This document shows positions 31,226 through 36,972 of a stretch of DNA of 36,972 nt, piece after piece. The translations under genes were made by a program, and so were the position numbers. The first letter of the stretch is position 1, and each line of letters opens with the position of its first letter. Source of the stretch: an uncultured Verrucomicrobiota bacterium (GTDB lineage Bacteria; Verrucomicrobiota; Verrucomicrobiia; Limisphaerales; RI-55). Under the pieces are notes generated by a model. The model was not told the origin of the DNA, did not search any database, and worked only from the letters and a program-made list of their open reading frames with translations. Where the stretch lies: assembly GCA_964463815.1 (NCBI GenBank), contig CAYXDZ010000002.1:1-36972 (forward strand). The letters run 5' to 3'.

Positions 31226-32408
31226 TATTCAGCGCGGCGGCGAGCAGATCAATTTCTTCGACAGTGTTATCCGCCGTGACAGTCAGGCGTAATCGGGCGC
31301 TGCCGCGCGCCACGGTGGGGTAACGGATCGCGGGAATGAAGAAGCCGCGCTCGCGCAGGGTATCGGCCAGACGGACGGCTTCCTGTTCATCGCCAATGAT
31401 CAGCGGAATGATCGGGCTGGAAGCGGGACGGGCACTTTGCCCTTCCCGGGGGGGCAGGCTGTCCCTCACACGTTGGGCTTGGGTGGTGCGTTCCCAGACG
31501 CGGTGGCGGCGCTCCGCACCTTCGGCCGATTGGATCAATTCCACACCAGCCCGTGCGGCGGCGGCGGACGCGGGCACGGGCGCGGTTGAGAAGATGAAGC
31601 TGCGCGCCGAATTGATGAGGAAATCGATCAACGTCCGCGAGCCGCAGATGAAACCACCCGCCGCACCCACGGCCTTGCCCAGCGTGCCCATTTGAATCTC
31701 CACGCGGCCGGACAAACCAAGTTGCCCGATCAACCCGCTGCGCCGTTCACCAAACAAACCGGTGGCGTGCGCCTCATCGACCAGCAGCCAGGCACCGTAA
31801 AGATCCTTGAGTTCGACGATTTGCTGGAGCGGTGCGAGGTCGCCGTCCATCGAGAAGACGGACTCGGTGATGACGAGGCAGCGTGAGGCGTGATCCGGGT
31901 TGCGTGCGCGGGTCCAATTCAAGATACGTTCCAGGTCGGCGAGATCGTTGTGTTTGCAGACACGGAGCTTCGCGCCGCTGAGACGCGCCGCATCGACGAG
32001 GCAGGCGTGGACGCGCTTATCGAGGACGATGACGTCATCCTTGCCAAGGAGTGCCGGAATCGTACCGAGCGCCGCCGTGTAACCGGTCGAGAAGGTCAGA
32101 CAAGCTTCCGCGCCCTTGAAGGCCGCCAGCGCTGCTTCCAGTTCGTGAAATGGTTTCAGCGAGCCGCAGATCAACCGCGACGCGCCCGCGCCCGCGCCGA
32201 AGTCATGAACCGCCCGCACAGCGGCCTCCTTGAGCGCGGGATGGCCGGCCAGACCGAGGTAATCGTTGGAGGAGAAGTTGACCAACTCGCGGCCTGCGAA
32301 ACGGATGCGGGCGCCCTGTGGAGAATTGATCTCGCGCAGACGGCGGTGCAGGCCGGCGGCGTGGATTTCCCGCAGGGCAGCGTTGAGATGATTCTCCCAC
32401 TCGCTCAT
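31203..32408 (-). CDS. bioF: 8-amino-7-oxononanoate synthase
   Basis: Start taken at the internal Met (MSEWENHLNAALREIHAAGLHRRLR...). NFSSNDYLGL, DEAHATGLFG and GTLGKAVGAAGG (PLP Lys) are alpha-oxoamine synthase hallmarks. The track ORF's additional 47 N-terminal residues are Gly/Ala/Arg-rich and overlap the upstream ORF. Confidence 0.9.
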   Translation of the reverse strand: MSEWENHLNAALREIHAAGLHRRLREINSPQGARIRFAGRELVNFSSNDYLGLAGHPALKEAAVRAVHDFGAGAGASRLICGSLKPFHELEAALAAFKGAEACLTFSTGYTAALGTIPALLGKDDVIVLDKRVHACLVDAARLSGAKLRVCKHNDLADLERILNWTRARNPDHASRCLVITESVFSMDGDLAPLQQIVELKDLYGAWLLVDEAHATGLFGERRSGLIGQLGLSGRVEIQMGTLGKAVGAAGGFICGSRTLIDFLINSARSFIFSTAPVPASAAAARAGVELIQSAEGAERRHRVWERTTQAQRVRDSLPPREGQSARPASSPIIPLIIGDEQEAVRLADTLRERGFFIPAIRYPTVARGSARLRLTVTADNTVEEIDLLAAALNKIVNRKS

Positions 32409-33004
32409 CGGCGGCGTTTCAGGTTGCGCAGCACCGCGCGCAGCACCGGCAGTTGCGCCAGGTCCTTGTCCCGGCCGATGAATTCCTTGGCCGCGATAAT
32501 GCGCTCCAGTGGTAGCACGGGAATGCGAACCCCCTGCCAGTCCAGCCACACGGCGTTGCGCAACTGGGTGCGGAACGATTTCAATCTGTGTGGTTCATAC
32601 ACGAAATCGACCGACAGTCCATTGAGGGCGACGGCCTGATTGGAGAACAATTCCCCACCCAGCTTGTGCGCCACATTGATCACGCGGATGTATTGACGCG
32701 GGGGCGGGTTGATCCAGATGTCGTAATCCAGCGTGCTGCCGGGAGCACCCTGCAGGATGGCGGCGCTCATCCCGATGATCAGGAACGGAATTTTTTCAGC
32801 CTGGAGCGCGCGGAAGAGGGGAGTGAGCGGATGAACCGTTCGTTCAGCAGCCAGCGCTCGAAGGGGGACGCGGCCAGGGTGCGCGCGAACAGCCACCGCT
32901 CCTGCTCGCTGAGCAGCGGGTCTTTTGCGAGCCGGCGGTGCCACTTTTGAATCTCGTCGCGCACGACCGGAGGGTGCCTTTTTTTTTGCCATCGTCGAGG
33001 CCAA
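32405..33004 (-). CDS. Nucleotidyltransferase-fold (minimal NTase / AbiEii-like) protein; start or frame of the N-terminal third is uncertain
   Basis: The C-terminal 140 aa or so carry the pattern IPFLIIGMSAAILQGAPGSTLDYDIWI (hhGG.A...G..R.T.D.D), then VDFVY and LPLERIIAAKEFIGRDKDLAQL. The stop TGA overlaps the bioF ATG (ATGA). The N-terminal 55 aa or so (MAKKKAPSGRARRDSKVAPPARKRPAAQRAG...) look noncoding. Confidence 0.5.
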   Translation of the reverse strand: MASTMAKKKAPSGRARRDSKVAPPARKRPAAQRAGAVAVRAHPGRVPLRALAAERTVHPLTPLFRALQAEKIPFLIIGMSAAILQGAPGSTLDYDIWINPPPRQYIRVINVAHKLGGELFSNQAVALNGLSVDFVYEPHRLKSFRTQLRNAVWLDWQGVRIPVLPLERIIAAKEFIGRDKDLAQLPVLRAVLRNLKRRR

Positions 33005-33727
33005 TTAAGTCCACGCGCCGATGCGGCTGTCGAGTTGGAAGACCTGCCCGGAAACGTTCTTCATCCCGGCCAGATGCACCACAAATGCCGCGACTTCCTC
33101 CGGCGTCGTCGAACGGCCGAGCGCGTTGCCCCCGGCCAGCAATCTCCGCTGCTCGGGCGTCAGGTGAGCGGTCATCGACGTTTCGAGCAAACCCGGGAAA
33201 ATCGCGTTGACCCGGACGTTTCGCCGGCCGGCCTCCTTGGCGAGCGATTGCGTGAGACCGACCAATCCGGCCTTGGCGGCAACGTAGTTGGCCTGACCCG
33301 CGTGCCCGTTCTTGGCGGCGAAGCTGGAAATGTTGATGATGTGGCCGTCGCGTTGGTCGAACATCATCGGTTGCAACACCGCCTGGGAGCAGAGGAACGC
33401 GCCCTTCAAGTTCACATCGAGCACGCGCTGCCAATCTTCCATGGTGAGGCCGACAATCGTTCCATCAGCAGTGAGAGCGGCGTTGTTGATCAGCACATCG
33501 ATCCGGCCCCAGGCAGCGAGCACTTCGGCGACAGCGGACTTCACCTGCGCGGCGCTGGTCACATCGAGTTTCAAGGGCAGCAACGATTCAGTGCGTTGAT
33601 ACGCTTCGGCGCGATGTTGCCCAGCGGCAACCCGCCAACCGGCCGCGAGAAAAGCGCCGGTCAGGGCGCGCCCCAGGCCGCCGGCCGCGCCGGTGATCAG
33701 AACGATGCGTGAAGTGGGATGATCCAT
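33005..33727 (-). CDS. Short-chain dehydrogenase/reductase (FabG-like)
   Basis: ITGAAGGLGRAL (TGxxxGxG), NNAA, and the catalytic S...YVAAKAG (YxxxK). Start at the ATG at 33725-33727 (MDHPTSRIVLITG), 4 nt after the upstream stop. Confidence 0.88.
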   Translation of the reverse strand: MDHPTSRIVLITGAAGGLGRALTGAFLAAGWRVAAGQHRAEAYQRTESLLPLKLDVTSAAQVKSAVAEVLAAWGRIDVLINNAALTADGTIVGLTMEDWQRVLDVNLKGAFLCSQAVLQPMMFDQRDGHIINISSFAAKNGHAGQANYVAAKAGLVGLTQSLAKEAGRRNVRVNAIFPGLLETSMTAHLTPEQRRLLAGGNALGRSTTPEEVAAFVVHLAGMKNVSGQVFQLDSRIGAWT

Positions 33728-33731
33728 GAAG

Positions 33732-36700
33732 TCATTCAACCAGTTTGATCGCCCGCAGAAACTGCCGGTCACCGACGGGGTCGATCGGCACACTGACCCG
33801 GCCATCAGCAGTCATGAAGTCGCCGACGGGCGACCAATCGCTGAAATCTGTGGATTGTTCGAGGCGATAGCGGCGCCCCGGAAAACCGCGCAACTCCAGC
33901 TCGTAGGCAAGCGGGTCAGCCAGCGGCTGCAGGTGGAGTTCGGCGGGAAGGTTTACGGACAATTCCGCCGCACCGATGTCGAAATGTCCGTTTTGCCAGC
34001 GGGCGGCTTCGTCGTTGTCGAGCCAGCCGCCGAGTCCGGCCAGCGGATGCGCGGCGTCGATCAGCGGGCTGGTGGTGGCGAGTGTGAAATCACCGGTCGC
34101 GGGCCGGCGGAACTCCGGATCAAGCTGGAGATCACGCAGGCCGGGCGCGAGCCCGAGGTAGTCGCCATTCGCGTTACCAAAGACATTGTTCGCGAGCAGG
34201 AAGGGCGAACCGGTTGGCGATTGTTCGATGCCGGCGTCGTTGAACGAGACGATGTTGTTAGCAATCTGCGCCGCCGTCCCGGCCTCCAGGTGGATCGCCG
34301 AACCAATCACCTGATTCCCGGCCGAGTTGTTGGCGATGGTGTTGTTGACAATGACCGGGCTCGGCGTCGGTGATTCAATCACCGGCAGACCCAGCCGGTC
34401 TTTGCGGAATTCTTCGATCCAGCGCCGGTCGTTCTGCGGGAGCATCAGGGGGTGGCTGAAGTCCGACCAGAAAGGACTGATCTGCGCCTGGCCACCGCCG
34501 TAGTAGATTGTTTGCCACGGCGTGCCGCGATGAATGCGATCAAACCAGTCGTGGCTCAGGATGGCTCCATTCGAGAATTGCCAGGCATCCGGGTGAGTGA
34601 TCAGCGGATCGCGGTACGCTTCATTGGTGGAGATTGGCTCGTCCCGTTCAAACCACGGAGTGTAGCGGCGGTTCATCTGACCGATGGTAGTCAAACGCGG
34701 CGTCGGAAATACCCCACCCCCACCTGGAAGCACCAAAATATCAAGAGCACCGAGCGGCGAAGAGATGTCAGCGACCGTGAAGTGAACGAGCGGATCATTC
34801 ACTTCGTAGGTTCGTTTGATTTCCAAGCGGCGGGCGGGAGTAAATGGCGCTTCGGCAAGCAGGCCATTGGGAGAAATCGGATTGTTCCGACCGGGAAAAA
34901 ACGAAGGTGGCAAACCTTCCATGAATCGGCGGAAAGCGTCGATCGCCAATGCCCTTTCCTGAGAGGTATGGCTGCGCGCGGAGTAATTTCTCCAAATGAC
35001 CTCGGAGACACTCATGTAGCCCATTGAGACCAACAGTTGATTCCAAGCGCCCATCGTTGGAACTGTAAAAATAGCAGTGTCATCCACTCGCTGCATGTTC
35101 CAGAATTGGCTCCCCACGGAGTCCCGGCCCGATTGATCCGAGAGGGTCATCGCGTCGATCAAGTTGGTGCTCCAGATCATCCGGTCGAGGTTCACGTAGT
35201 CGATGATACGACTCCCATCCAGCACCACGTAGCGCAGGCGGTTGGTGATGGCGAGCGTCCAGTCGGGAATGTGGAACTGGTTGGGCGTCGGCGTAGCGAG
35301 TGAAAAAAAGTGGTTCGTCGGGGCTGGCACAAACCGCGGATTCTGCGTCGGGCGCCAGACCGAATTCGACAGAAACAAATAGTTGGTCATCAGCGGCACT
35401 TGAAACTGGCGGCCGTCCCAAGTCGCAGGCGGAATGACAAGCGATGCCGAGTAGTTGGTTGAGATGGGCCGGCTTCCCGGTCCCGACAATGGCGGCCAAA
35501 TCTGAAACTCCGAAGTGCTGACTTGGTTTGTCCCCAGCACCGCCATGTCGAAGTCCACTTCCACGGCGAGTGTCAGTGGACGCGGGTACGCGCTTTGATA
35601 CGAATTCCAAGCCTCCACCGCAAAGACGTTGGTGATGCCAAGGATGTAGAATTCATTGGTCTCGTTGGGGAGGGAATGGACGTTGGGGCGGCGCAGTTGC
35701 ACAAGGCGCACCAAATCAATCGAGGTTTCTACGGCCAGTTCGTTGAAGTTCGGCAACCCCTTCTTCGCGCCGAGCACCAGCGGCAGGCCAAACGTCAGGG
35801 GTTGCGTCACCGAGGGGTCGGGATGCGTGGGAATCTGCTCGAGCACACCGGGGTCGCGGAGATCCCAGTAGTTGCTTTTCTGCACGAACGACTCCGCTTT
35901 AACTCCGTCCGGCACTACTTCATCATGCAACTGATGACCCGCGAGGTAGATGTTGGTCTGGCCGGCCACCACTTCGCGCCGCAGGAACGGTCGGAAAACG
36001 GTCGGGAAGAAAGGATATACGTCCCCACTATTGGTCGTCGCATCCACCAAATTCGCCGCCACCTGGAGCACGCGATGCGCGGCCGCGTCGTAGTCGTTCG
36101 TGGGCCAGACAAGAATGTTGGTGTGCGTGATCAACCGCCCATCCGAGCCAATACGGCCGTCCGTGGCGAAGAGGCGACCGGCAACCTGTCGGAACATCGC
36201 CAGCGGGTCCATCGGCTGCAACGTCGCGGTGCGTTCGATGAAGATTGCGCTGCCGCCGAGCGGCCCATCAACGCGATTGGAAACGATGGTGTTGTTGGCG
36301 ATCACCGGCGAGCCGCCGCGAACGTGAATGGCGGACCCGTAGTTTGCCGGATTGAATTCCAACCGAAAACCATCGAGCCGGGTTTGCGCATCGGCCGTGG
36401 GCGGGAAGACTATCAAGGGCAGGCGCGGAGAATGATAGGCTGCCGACCATTTCCCCTGTATCCCCGAAATCACGGTTCGATGAGTTGTGGGATCACGCTT
36501 ATTCCGAGCCTGTTCATGCCCGGCAAAACCGCCATAGACCGCCACGCCGGCGGGAATCTCGACTGACGAGGTTTTTTCGAGTGAAGGCAGGGAAACAGTT
36601 CTGAATGGCTGATAAGTCCCCGCAGCGACCCAAAGTCCATCGCCAGCTTGGGCGGCCGCCAGCCCACCTGCCAAGGTGGCGTACGCCGTTTCCCAGGTGA

Positions 36701-36821
36701 GGCCATCCGGCGGTTGGTTGGTCTGACGCGAATCGACACGAATCGTTGCCGCGCCTCCCAACCCCGCGAACAACGCCAAAACGGCCACCACCAGGGGGAA
36801 ACCCTTCCTGCTGGTGTGCAT
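33732..36821 (-). CDS. Secreted 1,029 aa protein: a right-handed beta-helix (PbH1-like) split by an uncharacterised insert of about 615 aa, plus a C-terminal module
   Basis: Start at the ATG at 36819-36821 (MHTSRKGFPLVVAVLALFAGLGGAATIRV, signal-peptide-like). Beta-helix-type repeats occur at both ends: GSAIHVRGGSPVIANNTIVSNRVDG...GSAIFIE, and PVIVNNTIANNSAGNQVIGSAIHLEAGTAAQIANNIVSFNDAGIE...LLANNVFGNANGDY. The central 34377-36224 has no motif I recognise. Confidence 0.8.
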   Translation of the reverse strand: MHTSRKGFPLVVAVLALFAGLGGAATIRVDSRQTNQPPDGLTWETAYATLAGGLAAAQAGDGLWVAAGTYQPFRTVSLPSLEKTSSVEIPAGVAVYGGFAGHEQARNKRDPTTHRTVISGIQGKWSAAYHSPRLPLIVFPPTADAQTRLDGFRLEFNPANYGSAIHVRGGSPVIANNTIVSNRVDGPLGGSAIFIERTATLQPMDPLAMFRQVAGRLFATDGRIGSDGRLITHTNILVWPTNDYDAAAHRVLQVAANLVDATTNSGDVYPFFPTVFRPFLRREVVAGQTNIYLAGHQLHDEVVPDGVKAESFVQKSNYWDLRDPGVLEQIPTHPDPSVTQPLTFGLPLVLGAKKGLPNFNELAVETSIDLVRLVQLRRPNVHSLPNETNEFYILGITNVFAVEAWNSYQSAYPRPLTLAVEVDFDMAVLGTNQVSTSEFQIWPPLSGPGSRPISTNYSASLVIPPATWDGRQFQVPLMTNYLFLSNSVWRPTQNPRFVPAPTNHFFSLATPTPNQFHIPDWTLAITNRLRYVVLDGSRIIDYVNLDRMIWSTNLIDAMTLSDQSGRDSVGSQFWNMQRVDDTAIFTVPTMGAWNQLLVSMGYMSVSEVIWRNYSARSHTSQERALAIDAFRRFMEGLPPSFFPGRNNPISPNGLLAEAPFTPARRLEIKRTYEVNDPLVHFTVADISSPLGALDILVLPGGGGVFPTPRLTTIGQMNRRYTPWFERDEPISTNEAYRDPLITHPDAWQFSNGAILSHDWFDRIHRGTPWQTIYYGGGQAQISPFWSDFSHPLMLPQNDRRWIEEFRKDRLGLPVIESPTPSPVIVNNTIANNSAGNQVIGSAIHLEAGTAAQIANNIVSFNDAGIEQSPTGSPFLLANNVFGNANGDYLGLAPGLRDLQLDPEFRRPATGDFTLATTSPLIDAAHPLAGLGGWLDNDEAARWQNGHFDIGAAELSVNLPAELHLQPLADPLAYELELRGFPGRRYRLEQSTDFSDWSPVGDFMTADGRVSVPIDPVGDRQFLRAIKLVE

Positions 36822-36972
36822 CAGGCTGCCTGCCCCCCGTAATTCTCCATGGGGTCTGTCTTCCACGGGCGGCAGCTTGCCGGCTGGGCTTCAGCCCAGC
36901 AAGACGGCAGTTCGCACAGGGTGCGATCAGAAGTGGCGGTCAGGAAAGTTGTGGAGGTGAGTCATTTTGGCC

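Noticed and set aside
36886-36903. Hairpin GCTGGGC-TTCA-GCCCAGC upstream of the 1,029 aa gene as a terminator
   Set aside because: It has a short stem and no following T-tract on either strand. The upstream gene it would terminate is not in the window.

Overview
This is a high-GC chromosomal segment. Gene content and protein style suggest the PVC superphylum, probably Verrucomicrobiota, but that is inference only.

Left third: a tightly packed minus-strand cluster of a hemX/ccsA-like gene, hemA, hemC, a methyltransferase, a PaaK/F390-type adenylating ligase, MlaE and a partial MlaF-like ATPase. It is followed by an STN-I9-S8 subtilase and plus-strand housekeeping genes (FAH-family hydrolase, proS, a transketolase-family enzyme with a clear terminator).

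Centre (13.3-29.5 kb): one uninterrupted 16.2 kb ORF for a secreted mosaic protein of about 5,400 aa. It has a signal peptide, a C-type lectin, 8 tandem A/B pairs of PPC-like domains, 7 CARDB-like and 4 Calx-beta-like domains. These are followed by an uncharacterised core of about 1,100 aa that holds the protein's only Cys-rich island, then Ig-like, cadherin-like and cohesin-like modules and a duplicated C-terminal module.

Right: a minus-strand string of a 1,029 aa split beta-helix secreted protein, an SDR, a nucleotidyltransferase-fold ORF, bioF and bioA. bioA carries two in-frame repeat-derived insertions, and three related heptanucleotide tandem arrays lie within 1 kb.

I recognised no rRNA, tRNA, CRISPR array, transposase or integrase. 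Domain calls come from motif reading only, not from database searches.
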